From: Minisyncoccia bacterium | GTDB taxonomy: Bacteria; Patescibacteriota; Minisyncoccia; Phycocordibacterales; UBA2100 | DNA length: 64,000 nucleotides | Reading direction: 5' to 3' | Assembly (NCBI GenBank): GCA_049297775.1 | Contig: JBAQUX010000024.1 | Location: 9,162-73,161 of the forward strand | Shown here: piece after piece, positions 28,069-37,091 of the stretch | Layout of the letters: each line of letters starts with the position of its first letter | Position numbering within the stretch: the first letter of the stretch is position 1 | Program-made: the position numbers and the translations under genes | The notes under the pieces: model-generated | Told to the model about the DNA's origin: nothing | Seen by the model: only the letters and a program-made list of their open reading frames with translations | The model's database searches: none

Positions 28069-30603
28069 TTACCAACCAAACCAAGAAAGGATCTTCCCAA
28101 TGATTGATTTTTGGACTGGTGCGTTTGCCGGAGGTGTTACTTCCGTTGTCCCAGGCATATTTTTTGTTGGTGTCGGACTGCCCCGTATTCCTTCAGGGTT
28201 TGTTTGCGGCGCACTATCAGTAGTATCGCGTACCTCTTCGCTTTCCGCGACGTCACTTCCTGTTTCTGGAAGTGATAATTTTGTGTTTCGTTCAAGTGCA
28301 CCAGCGAGTGAAATTTTGGTCTTTGCCTCTGCTAAATCTGCCTCCGAGTTCCAGTATGTTTGGTTACTTTTTTTAAATAATTCTGCGGTGTTTAGACGAC
28401 TTAACGCGTCACGGTACAATTTTATTGCGGTCGGGTTCTTACTCGCGTCAAGTGCATCGGCCACTTCTTTTTTGTATGCCTCAAAATATGCAGGGGTCCA
28501 GTCAGAGAACTTTTTTGGTTCAGGTCCAGCATATGTGCTTTTTTTGAGAGCTGCTTGTTCAAGTGATAGTTCTCCGTACGCAACCTTTAGAGAATTAAGG
28601 AGTGTCGCAGGGGGAGTGTTGCCTGCCATGTCAGTTGCGGCTAATTCTAGTTGACGTGACACAGTGTTCATCGTTTCTGCGGTTGTTGGGTCAGCTCCAA
28701 AGGTATTACCACTTAAATATTCGGAGAGGGACAATAGCTGACTTGCAAGCGTGTCACGTTCCGCACGGCTCAAATCTTGTTTCGGAGCAGTAGGTATCTT
28801 TTTAATTGCTGACTGTAATTGAGTATAAGCAATCTGCAATACTGTTTCTGGTTTCTCTGAGGTAACTCTTCGTTGTGAATTTTGTGCGAGATTGTTTTTG
28901 CTTAAAGCAAAATCTGGATTTTGAATTTCTTGTGCAAATAAATTCTGGAGGACAGTTCGCTCAGACCCCTCAGGCTCAACTACTGGCGGCTTGTTAAGTT
29001 TTGGGTCAGCAGTGGCGAGAATAGGCTCTGCCGGTGCAATTTTTTGTTGTGGTGGAGTCTTCTTTACCGTAAGGACCTCATCAGGTACCTTTTCCTGTTC
29101 TTCCGACTTTTTATCTGGTGCAACGTTTTTAATCTCTGTAACTTTTTTTGCTGAGTCGTTTACAACTTTTTGATAGTCGTATCCACCGCGCTCCATAACC
29201 TCTTCAATTGATGGTGCGTTCAAAATTGCTTTGAGTAAGCGCGATTGCTCTGTCTCGGCCTCTTCCTTCTCTGGTAGCGGTTTTGTTGTTGAGTCGAGTT
29301 TCACCGGTGCATCTATCTTTTTGGTCGTGTCTTTTGGAGTTATTTTTTCAGGCGTTGATTTTTGTGGTAGTTGACCATTCAGTAAATTTTGTGGGTAATT
29401 CTGAGCTACATAAATGTTTTGAATGATTGGGGTACTCTTTTGCGTAGGCTCAGGTTGTCTGTTAAATAATGTATCAAAAAATGATGTGCTACTGCTCGGC
29501 GTATACGCTTTTGGCGCTGTCCCGGTTGGGTTTGCTGGTGCGTAGTTTGAAAGGTTCGAGTTGTATGCATATTTATTCGGATTTTGAGTGTCAGGTGTTT
29601 TTCCGGGTTGAGTCACGGGAGCAACTTGTGCGATAGGTGCTTGTTGTACGGGTGCCTGTTGAGCTATGGGAGCTTGGGGTACTGTTTGCTGTTGAGTACC
29701 TTGTGTAGGTGTCGGTTGTTGTGTTGCGGGAGTACCCGGGTTTGTTGTGACGAAGGGCTCTCGGGCGGCCGCTTGAGGCTGTTGTGTTGCTGGCTGCGTT
29801 GCCGCAGGTACTTTCTCTTTGGTAACTGCTTGAGGCTGTTGTGTTGCTGGCTGTGTCGCTGCCTGTTGAGCAAGCCTATCTGATTCTCTTGCAGATGCAA
29901 TCGGATATTTATCCTGATCCGTAACACATATGACTGCGTCACCCTCATCTTTCGGCGTGGTTGCTTTCACAGTTTGCGCAACAAGTATCTGTGGCTTGAA
30001 AAGGTTTACCTTCCTAATGGGCTCGTCTTTAAATGGACCTCTGTGTATTATGCACGTGACTCCAAGTGCCTCTAGTTCCTTTTTTTTAGATTCAAACTCC
30101 TTTTTTGTTGGATGCCATCCATGCACTATTTCTCTAGAAGGACACATGCCTCTCTTCTTAAAAGCTTCAGCAAGTGTTACCCCTTCTTCATTTGCGCAAT
30201 CTTTTCCAAATTCTTTGCCTATTTCTGCCTCCGTCTTACATTCGTCAATTTTTTTTCTGTCGGGCATATCTGATTTTAAGTTTTCAGGTTTGATTGTTCC
30301 GCCCTTTTCACAAAGATATCCACTTTTAGTACTCCCACCTTGTGGCATTCTTTTACATTCAGCTATTGCTTGCTTATTATTTTCCTGGCATTTCGCATAG
30401 CCTTTATCTTTTGCAGTTGCTGCTAGCGCAGCCTCATCGGTTTGATTTCCCGTTGTTACCGGGATTTCGGCGGGCTTCGGAGACATGGGCGCTGCTGCCT
30501 TCGGAGGGGTGGACATGTTTTGCGCAAAAGCAATATTCTGGGAGATTAAAAGTAGAACAAAAAAAGCGAATACTTTTTTTGTATGTAATTGGTTTAGTGA
30601 CAT
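28069..30603 (-). CDS. large secreted repeat-containing protein (Cys-rich N-domain, Pro/Gln/Thr-rich repeats, helical C-domain)
   Basis: 844 aa; signal peptide; 19 aa tandem repeat AATQPATQQPQA...; QQAPIAQ repeats. Confidence 0.7.
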   Translation of the reverse strand: MSLNQLHTKKVFAFFVLLLISQNIAFAQNMSTPPKAAAPMSPKPAEIPVTTGNQTDEAALAATAKDKGYAKCQENNKQAIAECKRMPQGGSTKSGYLCEKGGTIKPENLKSDMPDRKKIDECKTEAEIGKEFGKDCANEEGVTLAEAFKKRGMCPSREIVHGWHPTKKEFESKKKELEALGVTCIIHRGPFKDEPIRKVNLFKPQILVAQTVKATTPKDEGDAVICVTDQDKYPIASARESDRLAQQAATQPATQQPQAVTKEKVPAATQPATQQPQAAAREPFVTTNPGTPATQQPTPTQGTQQQTVPQAPIAQQAPVQQAPIAQVAPVTQPGKTPDTQNPNKYAYNSNLSNYAPANPTGTAPKAYTPSSSTSFFDTLFNRQPEPTQKSTPIIQNIYVAQNYPQNLLNGQLPQKSTPEKITPKDTTKKIDAPVKLDSTTKPLPEKEEAETEQSRLLKAILNAPSIEEVMERGGYDYQKVVNDSAKKVTEIKNVAPDKKSEEQEKVPDEVLTVKKTPPQQKIAPAEPILATADPKLNKPPVVEPEGSERTVLQNLFAQEIQNPDFALSKNNLAQNSQRRVTSEKPETVLQIAYTQLQSAIKKIPTAPKQDLSRAERDTLASQLLSLSEYLSGNTFGADPTTAETMNTVSRQLELAATDMAGNTPPATLLNSLKVAYGELSLEQAALKKSTYAGPEPKKFSDWTPAYFEAYKKEVADALDASKNPTAIKLYRDALSRLNTAELFKKSNQTYWNSEADLAEAKTKISLAGALERNTKLSLPETGSDVAESEEVRDTTDSAPQTNPEGIRGSPTPTKNMPGTTEVTPPANAPVQKSIIGKILSWFGW
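29771..29884. repeat. two tandem copies of a 57 bp coding repeat inside the 844 aa gene
   Basis: gcttgaggctgttgtgttgctggctg... occurs twice in direct tandem. Confidence 0.7.
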
Positions 30604-30812
30604 TAACTAATCGTAGCATTATTGCTTAGTGTCACGACGCTCTTTTCAACATAATGATTCAGTGACAAGTGCACAAATATGTGGTAGCGTTTATGTTGTA
30701 GCAGTCTTGGTTTGTACACGCATAATCGGGTGTGTAAACCTAGTCTGCCCACGCAAGTGTTCAGGCTACGCCGGCTGGGGTGCACCCAGTAACTCGAACA
30801 AGGAGTGCAGAA

Positions 30813-31097
30813 ATGCGCCACCTGATCGTGGGCCTTGCGGCAGCCGGAATAGCCGCACTTGTGACTCCCTCAGCGAAAGCTCAGGAGATGCCTCAAGCAG
30901 TTAGAGTAGCAGTCATTACTTGTATGCTCCAGTCAGACGCACCGCGACCCTTCAAGGTCACGGACGCAAGCAGCTGGAACGACTACCGTTTCGACGGTGA
31001 CGAGGTCGTCTTCTTCAATGAAGCAGCGGTAGCTTACTACCGCGCAAAATGCAAGGCGATGACCCTCGCTCTCGCTGCGTCGATGCAGACAAAGTGA
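30813..31097 (+). CDS. small secreted protein on a GC-rich segment (compositionally atypical)
   Basis: 94 aa; strong SD AAGGAG 8 nt upstream of ATG; signal peptide MRHLIVGLAAAGIAALVTPSAKAQE; local GC clearly above neighbours. Confidence 0.45.
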   Translation: MRHLIVGLAAAGIAALVTPSAKAQEMPQAVRVAVITCMLQSDAPRPFKVTDASSWNDYRFDGDEVVFFNEAAVAYYRAKCKAMTLALAASMQTK

Positions 31098-31167
31098 CAA
31101 GGTCGGGCGTGTCGTTGTTCACTCAGCGATGCGCCCCTCAATTTAATTTTTAAATACACAGCGCATA

Positions 31168-32085
31168 TTGGTATATACTGGAGTGATGGAAAGTGCTATT
31201 GAATGTAAGCGACAATTTTTGGAATACATAGAAATTGAAAAAGGGCGTGCGGTAAAAACAATAGAAAATTACGACCATTATTTGAGTCGGTTTTTAGCTG
31301 AACAAAATATTACGACTCCCCAAGATATCACCGATGTATCAGTGCGCGAGTTTCGATTGAAGTTAAATAGAACAAATTTAAAGAAGAAAACGCAGAACTA
31401 CTATCTTATCGCACTTAGAGCGTTCTTGAAGTTCTTACGGAAAAGAAATGTTACCTCACTGCAACCAGAGCAAATTGAACTTGCAAAAACGGCCATGCGT
31501 GACTTGGACCTCATGACCGAGATTGAATTACGGCGCTTACTTGATGCTCCAAAAGGAGATGGCCTCCCAGCACTCCGAGACAGGGCTTTGTTGCAACTCC
31601 TTTTTTCTACCGGGCTCCGTGTTTCTGAATTGTGTAACTTGGACAGAGACGTTGATTTAGAGCGCGGTGAATTTTCTGTGCGCGGTAAAGGAGAGAAGGT
31701 CAGAGTTGTATTTGTGTCATCTGATGCGTACACGGCAGTAAAAGCATATCTCGATAAGCGCACTGATATTGATTCAGCGCTGTTTATTCGTTTACCTAAA
31801 AACATTCCTACAAGTAAGCTTGCACACTTACGCCTTACTCCTCGTTCAGTCGAACGCACTGTGAAAAAACTTGCTGTAAGTGTTGGCATCACAAAGAAAG
31901 TTACGCCGCACGTCGTGCGTCACTCGTTTGCCACCGATTTATTGAGGAACGGTGCTGACCTCCGCTCAGTACAAGCACTCCTTGGGCATGCGAACATTGC
32001 TACGACTCAGGTGTATACACACGTAACTGACAAGCACTTAAAAGATATACACTCAAAGTTTCACGGGAAACAATCAGAGGCATAG
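31168..32085 (+). CDS. xerC: tyrosine recombinase XerC/XerD family
   Basis: 305 aa; C-terminal catalytic region HVVRHSFATDLLRNGADLRSVQALLGHANIATTQVYTHV; track start is TTG at 31168, first ATG at 31186. Confidence 0.85.
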   Translation: MVYTGVMESAIECKRQFLEYIEIEKGRAVKTIENYDHYLSRFLAEQNITTPQDITDVSVREFRLKLNRTNLKKKTQNYYLIALRAFLKFLRKRNVTSLQPEQIELAKTAMRDLDLMTEIELRRLLDAPKGDGLPALRDRALLQLLFSTGLRVSELCNLDRDVDLERGEFSVRGKGEKVRVVFVSSDAYTAVKAYLDKRTDIDSALFIRLPKNIPTSKLAHLRLTPRSVERTVKKLAVSVGITKKVTPHVVRHSFATDLLRNGADLRSVQALLGHANIATTQVYTHVTDKHLKDIHSKFHGKQSEA

Positions 32086-32119
32086 GTGTTCAGTATTACT
32101 GACGTGCTACTATGCGTGT

Positions 32120-32929
32120 ATGAAAATTTTCTCGTGGAACGTGAATGGTATTCGTTCTGTGCACAGAAAAGGAGACTTATTAAAATGTATTGAAAAGTAC
32201 CAACCCGATATTTTGTGTGTTCAAGAGACAAAAGCTGAGCGCGGACAGTGTGAAGTAGATTTGTCAGCGTACGAGGAGTACTGGAATTCTGCGAAACGTA
32301 AAGGGTATAGCGGTACTGCAATTTTTACAAAAATTAAACCGATAACAATCGCACTAGATTTTCCTGAGGATATTGTTAAAAAATACGAACTTGTTGACGG
32401 GTATGGCGACCTGAATAATGAAGGACGTGTGCTCGCTCTAGAGTTTTCTCACTGTCATTTGGTTACTGTGTACACGCCAAATTCAAAGGGTGACCTTACT
32501 CGCCTACCAATGCGGTATTCACATTGGGACCCCGCATTTAGAGAGTATCTTCAGCGCCTTGAAAAAAAGAAGCCGGTTATTGTTTGCGGGGATTTAAATG
32601 TTGCGCACACAGCGCTCGACTTAACACACCCAAAACCCAATGAAGGTGAAGCAGGCTATACCCCAGAAGAGCGTGAAGGAATTACTAAGTACATCGATGA
32701 TGGGTATGTCGATTCTTTTAGACTGTTCACGCAGGATGGCGGTCACTACACGTGGTGGAGCAATTTTTCACATGCGCGCGAAAGAAATGTCGGGTGGAGA
32801 ATTGATTACTTTCTTGTTTCAAAAAAAATAATAGATGTTCTTCATGCTGCGCATATCCACCCTGATGTGTACGGCTCTGATCATTGTCCCGTCTCAATAA
32901 CACTTAAGGACAAAAAAATATTTAGTTAA
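32120..32929 (+). CDS. xth: exodeoxyribonuclease III
   Basis: 269 aa; MKIFSWNVNGIRS...CVQETK EEP-family motifs. Confidence 0.85.
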   Translation: MKIFSWNVNGIRSVHRKGDLLKCIEKYQPDILCVQETKAERGQCEVDLSAYEEYWNSAKRKGYSGTAIFTKIKPITIALDFPEDIVKKYELVDGYGDLNNEGRVLALEFSHCHLVTVYTPNSKGDLTRLPMRYSHWDPAFREYLQRLEKKKPVIVCGDLNVAHTALDLTHPKPNEGEAGYTPEEREGITKYIDDGYVDSFRLFTQDGGHYTWWSNFSHARERNVGWRIDYFLVSKKIIDVLHAAHIHPDVYGSDHCPVSITLKDKKIFS

Positions 32930-34385
32930 CGTGGTATTTGTCCTTTATTTTTCCTATGGCCTCTGCCTCAAGTGTGTCACGTGTAACCTTGCCACTACTA
33001 CCCAGTAATTCTAGTTCGGTATCGGATAGCCCTTGCATTTCCGTGGCTTTTAACATGAGTATTTTTGTAGTATTAAGTTCTGGATTTTCGAGAACTAACT
33101 CAAGTAATGCGTACAGCGTCCAGCCAAGTCTCGGCCCGGCAGCGATACCAACTTCTTTCATGAGTATGGTGCCATCAATTTTTAATTGAGCTACAGATAT
33201 TGGATCGCGTAATGCTTGCTCAACCATAGCTATGTATTTTCGTAATCTAAATGGGTGTGCCTTTGGTCTACCTGTGCCTATACGATCACAGACACGCAAA
33301 TTCAGTAGATCCCAAATATATTCTTTCCCGATGTTTGTGATTACTCGTCGAACCGCTGAAAGTGTAATTGCGTCCGGGTCTGAAAAAAACATATGCCAAC
33401 GAACAAGTCGCTCAATAATCTCTGATTGCTGCTTAGGGAGACGTAGGTCGACACATATTTTTTTGGTCATTCGAGCACCAATAACTTCGTGACCATAAAA
33501 GGTCCAATCCTGTTTCTCCTCTGACCACCTCCGTGACGCTGGCTTACCAATATCATGTAGTAGTGCCGCAAGTCGTATCTCAAGTGACCAATTACTATCC
33601 GCGGCATGTTGCAGTGATCTGAGTAAGTGCTCAAATACATCAAAGCTATGGGCTTGGTTCTGACGACACCCAATCCCCTCTTCTAGTTCTGGGATAATAT
33701 AATGTAGCAGGCCCAACTTTTGGGCTATAAAGAGTGCTGGCATCGGTTTCCCAGAATTCAAAATTTTGAGGAATTCATCACGGATGCGTTCCCTCGATAT
33801 TTTATCCAATAAGTGAGAACAGGTACTGATTGCTGTCATGGTCTCAAGTTCGAGAGAAAAGTCTAGCTCTGCTGACAATCGTATGCCACGGAGAATACGG
33901 AGCGCATCCTCGCTAAATCGTTGCTCTGGGTTCCCTACTGCCTTCAATCTCTTGCTGGCGATATCTTCCTTTCCATTAAATAGATCGATAAGCTCATCAG
34001 TAGCAGAGCGATACGCAAGTGCATTTATGGTGAAGTCTCGTCTATGCAAGTCATCCTCGATATTTGAAACGAATGATACTGATTGCGGGTGACGACCATT
34101 ATCGTAAGTACCCTCTGTTCGAAACGGAGTAACTTCGAGAACTTTTAGTTTTGGATCGGTTGATTCAGTAACTACGCCAACTGTTCCAAACGTATTTTCA
34201 TAGAAAGTTTCGGGAAAGAGGCCTTGTATTTGCTCCGGGGATGCATTTGTAGTGATGTCCCAATCCTTAGGTTTCGCGTGTAACATAAGATCGCGCACGC
34301 AACCACCAACAAAATATGCTTTAAAGCCAGCATTTTCTAGCGTTTCAGCTACCTGCAGTGCTTCCTTTGGAATATGTGCTTTCAC
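32922..34385 (-). CDS. cca: CCA-adding enzyme (tRNA nucleotidyltransferase with HD domain)
   Basis: 487 aa; GGCVRDLMLHAKPKDWDITT polymerase-beta motif plus HD region. Confidence 0.85.
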   Translation of the reverse strand: MKAHIPKEALQVAETLENAGFKAYFVGGCVRDLMLHAKPKDWDITTNASPEQIQGLFPETFYENTFGTVGVVTESTDPKLKVLEVTPFRTEGTYDNGRHPQSVSFVSNIEDDLHRRDFTINALAYRSATDELIDLFNGKEDIASKRLKAVGNPEQRFSEDALRILRGIRLSAELDFSLELETMTAISTCSHLLDKISRERIRDEFLKILNSGKPMPALFIAQKLGLLHYIIPELEEGIGCRQNQAHSFDVFEHLLRSLQHAADSNWSLEIRLAALLHDIGKPASRRWSEEKQDWTFYGHEVIGARMTKKICVDLRLPKQQSEIIERLVRWHMFFSDPDAITLSAVRRVITNIGKEYIWDLLNLRVCDRIGTGRPKAHPFRLRKYIAMVEQALRDPISVAQLKIDGTILMKEVGIAAGPRLGWTLYALLELVLENPELNTTKILMLKATEMQGLSDTELELLGSSGKVTRDTLEAEAIGKIKDKYHVN

Positions 34386-34497
34386 GTGAAACGATTATAG
34401 CAAGTAAAATGCTCGGCACTAGTGGATTATGTGTGTGACAAGGCAAATTTTAAGTGGTAGAGGCCACATAAAATTCCTAACAAATTATACGCATGTG

Positions 34498-34569
34498 TGC
34501 TCCCGGAGGGATTCGAACCCCCAACGACGGTTCCGAAGACCGTTGTGATATCCATTTCACCACGAGAGC
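34498..34569 (-). tRNA. tRNA-Arg (anticodon TCG), 3' CCA not encoded
   Basis: Manual cloverleaf fold: 7 bp acceptor stem, anticodon stem ACGGT/ACCGT with loop CTTCGGA, T-arm GGGGG-TTCGAAT-CCCTC. Confidence 0.8.
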
Positions 34570-34676
34570 GATAGCGCTATCATACGCAGTTATTTACTTT
34601 GGGCAATGGGTTGAAATTAAAATGTCTAAAAACACCACCCCTTCCCCTCATCGCCTTTCGAATCTCTACATACATA

Positions 34677-34700
34677 AAAAGACGCGTAGGCGTCTTTTTA
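34677..34700. terminator. hairpin between the two minus-strand tRNAs (aaaaagacgcg-tag-gcgtcttttt)
   Basis: 8 bp stem flanked by an A-run and a T-run, symmetric so potentially bidirectional. Confidence 0.5.
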
Positions 34701-34706
34701 TGTATA

Positions 34707-34780
34707 TGGTGCGGGTGGGGAGAATCGAACTCCCGTCTCATCCTTGGCAAGGACGTGTCATACCACTAAACTACACCCGC
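34707..34780 (-). tRNA. tRNA-Gly (anticodon GCC), CCA encoded
   Basis: Manual cloverleaf fold: acceptor GCGGGTG/CACCCGC, anticodon stem CGTCC/GGATG with loop TTGCCAA, T-loop TTCGATT, ends CACCA. Confidence 0.85.
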
Positions 34781-35078
34781 AAGTGGAGGGCATTATACAA
34801 AACATTTGAGTAATCGCAATTCCCTGGAAGGCACAACTCAGAGGTGGCTAAGAGACGAATTCCTTCACTCACGTTGCACATGTCCTTAACAAAATAATAC
34901 ACTTTCTTCCACGTCAAGTACTGTTGGATAAGGGTGGCTTAAAATAAGAATATTGTGGACAAGTATGTTGATATGTGGATTACTCGGACATAAAATTAGT
35001 CCTTATTGTCTCTCAAAGTATGAAAAATATGGCTTATAATATAACTATTATGTCGTTGAGGAGCAAATCACCTCTCAA

Positions 35079-35114
35079 ACGTGAAATATGTTTCATACGA
35101 AACATATTTCACGT
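35079..35114. repeat. perfect 16 bp-arm palindrome (acgtgaaatatgtttc-atac-gaaacatatttcacgt) at the 5' end of yraN
   Basis: Read directly; perfect inverted repeat with 4 nt loop. Confidence 0.8.
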
Positions 35115-35516
35115 GCAACATGCATTTCATATATGAAAACTTCACATATAGCAGTAGGCGTTCTCGGTGAAGCTATCGCAGTCAAATACTTAAGAGGTAA
35201 AGGGTATACAATAGTTTCGACCAACTGGAATTGCCATGGGGTTGGTGAGATTGATATCATTGCAACATGCGATGAGGTTCTGCACTTCATTGAAGTTAAG
35301 AGTGTTACACGTGAAAACTTTGCTGAAAAAACTACTAAAAACCCACTTGAAAACGTAACCGATGCGAAATTGCGTTGCTTAAGAAAATGCGCAGAGGTGT
35401 ACCTTATGTCTCATCGTAACATTTCACGTGTAACATTTTCTGCTGTATCGGTAGTTCTGGATCTCGAGAATGTAACGGCGCAGTGTGTGCTTTATGCCGA
35501 CATACCGCTCGGATAG
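35088..35516 (+). CDS. yraN: YraN family (UPF0102) predicted endonuclease
   Basis: GEAIAVKYLRGKGYTIVSTNW...GEIDIIA...HFIEVKS; true start may be the ATG at 35133. Confidence 0.75.
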   Translation: MFHTKHISRATCISYMKTSHIAVGVLGEAIAVKYLRGKGYTIVSTNWNCHGVGEIDIIATCDEVLHFIEVKSVTRENFAEKTTKNPLENVTDAKLRCLRKCAEVYLMSHRNISRVTFSAVSVVLDLENVTAQCVLYADIPLG

Positions 35517-35551
35517 TTTCTTAAGGACATGTCCTTAAGAAACTATCCGAG
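35508..35551. repeat. 44 nt perfect palindrome (22 bp arms) overlapping the yraN stop codon
   Basis: ctcggatagtttcttaaggaca|tgtccttaagaaactatccgag, perfect 22 bp arms; no T-run follows. Confidence 0.8.
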
Positions 35552-35638
35552 GTATACGTATAGTACTAAACTCGTACTTGTATTTCATGAGAATTACGTG
35601 CTGGTGTTTTTGTATATCAATGTTAGTATGCGCATATT

Positions 35639-35709
35639 CGGGGCATAGTATAGCGGTAGTATGCATGCTTTGGGAGCATGAGACCACGGTTCGATTCCGT
35701 GTGCCCCGA
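35639..35709 (+). tRNA. tRNA-Pro (anticodon TGG), C1:G72, CCA not encoded
   Basis: Manual fold: acceptor CGGGGCA/TGCCCCG, anticodon stem CATGC/GCATG with loop TTTGGGA, T-arm CACGG-TTCGATT-CCGTG. Confidence 0.8.
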
Positions 35710-35745
35710 CAAGAATTTGGGTATATTTAGGTAAGAGCAACATGG

Positions 35746-37089
35746 TTGTTCTGTTATACTTATTTTTATATGACTGATTGGTATTATGCTTTATTGAAGA
35801 GCTATTTTCTCGGGTTTACGCCTTTCGCGTATGCGTTCATCGCATTTCTACCGTGGCTTTTTCTTACTATGTTTGTTGCCCCTCGGGTGTTCATAGATGC
35901 GCTTCAGATGGTCTTCTATACGATGCCTCTCTGGGTTCTGTACATTACACCACATACGGTGAAGCATTATTGGATGCACTATATTCAGCATCAGTTTATA
36001 GATGATCCTGCTCAAAAGCCGATTCTCCTTGAATTGCTGATACCAAAGGATGAAATGAAATCACCGCGCGCCATGGAAGTAGTGTTTGAATCGTTGCACT
36101 ACAGCTTGCAAATGAATCCTATTTTCCAGACTCAATTTAAGGGCCATGTGCGACCATGGTTTACGCTCGAAATTGCCTCAACGGAAGGGAAGTTGCGCTT
36201 CTATTTGTGGACATGGGAGAAATTGCGCGACCGTGTGGAAGCAGCATTTTACGGACAATACCCAAACCTTCAAATAATTGAAGCTGATCATGACTACTCA
36301 AAGCGCTATGATTTTGACCTGGATAAACCTGAAATGTGGGGATGTAGTTTTAAGCTCGAGAAAGGCGATGCGTACCCGATTAAGACATACTATGAGTTTG
36401 AGCTCGAGAAGGACCCAAAGGCAGAGCACAGAGTTGATCCTTTTATAACGATGCTTGAAATGATGTCAACAATGGGGAAGCATGAACATATGTGGTTTCA
36501 GTTTTTATTTCAGATGGAGCATACTGATGCGTGGAAGGATGATGTTATGAAGGAGATTGATAGAATATACGAAAGTGCAACCCCAGAACATCCGGGAGCA
36601 AAACCCGGAGATAAGGTGAAAGGGTTTCCGCAATTACGACCACTTCAGTACGAACTCATAAAAGGTATGGAGCGATGCGTCACGAAGCATGCATTTAGGG
36701 TTGGCATACGGGGCATGGTCATTACCGATGCAGGTCACTTCAACTTTGGGCACTCTCAGACGACGCAGCGCATGTTTGGGCAGAACAACGCTCATGAGGG
36801 GAGTGAATACTATAACGTCCTCAAGCTTGATCCAGAGCAGCACCTTGCAGGGTTCGACTGGCCATGGGAAGACTATAAGGGTATTCGACGTAGTGCGCGT
36901 GCACGTAAACTTTTGGATTCGTATCAAAAGCGTTCATATTTTCATCCACCGTACATTATGGACCCTATTATTCTTACAACTGAGGAGCTGGCGACACTGT
37001 TTCACATTCCTGGGGGCGAAAGTCAGGTGCTGGGACTCACCAAGACCGAATCAAAGCGGGGAGCGCCACCACCTAATTTACCTTCATAG
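35746..37089 (+). CDS. membrane-anchored protein of unknown family, paralog A of a tandem pair
   Basis: 447 aa; N-terminal TM helices; shares IPKD..KSP.AMEVVF, GHVRPW, KTY.EF.L.KDPKAE.R.DPF, LKPLQYE, FHPPY and the C-terminal EELAT.FHIPGE...ESKRG.PPPNLP with the next gene. Confidence 0.7.
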   Translation: MFCYTYFYMTDWYYALLKSYFLGFTPFAYAFIAFLPWLFLTMFVAPRVFIDALQMVFYTMPLWVLYITPHTVKHYWMHYIQHQFIDDPAQKPILLELLIPKDEMKSPRAMEVVFESLHYSLQMNPIFQTQFKGHVRPWFTLEIASTEGKLRFYLWTWEKLRDRVEAAFYGQYPNLQIIEADHDYSKRYDFDLDKPEMWGCSFKLEKGDAYPIKTYYEFELEKDPKAEHRVDPFITMLEMMSTMGKHEHMWFQFLFQMEHTDAWKDDVMKEIDRIYESATPEHPGAKPGDKVKGFPQLRPLQYELIKGMERCVTKHAFRVGIRGMVITDAGHFNFGHSQTTQRMFGQNNAHEGSEYYNVLKLDPEQHLAGFDWPWEDYKGIRRSARARKLLDSYQKRSYFHPPYIMDPIILTTEELATLFHIPGGESQVLGLTKTESKRGAPPPNLPS

Positions 37090-37091
37090 CT

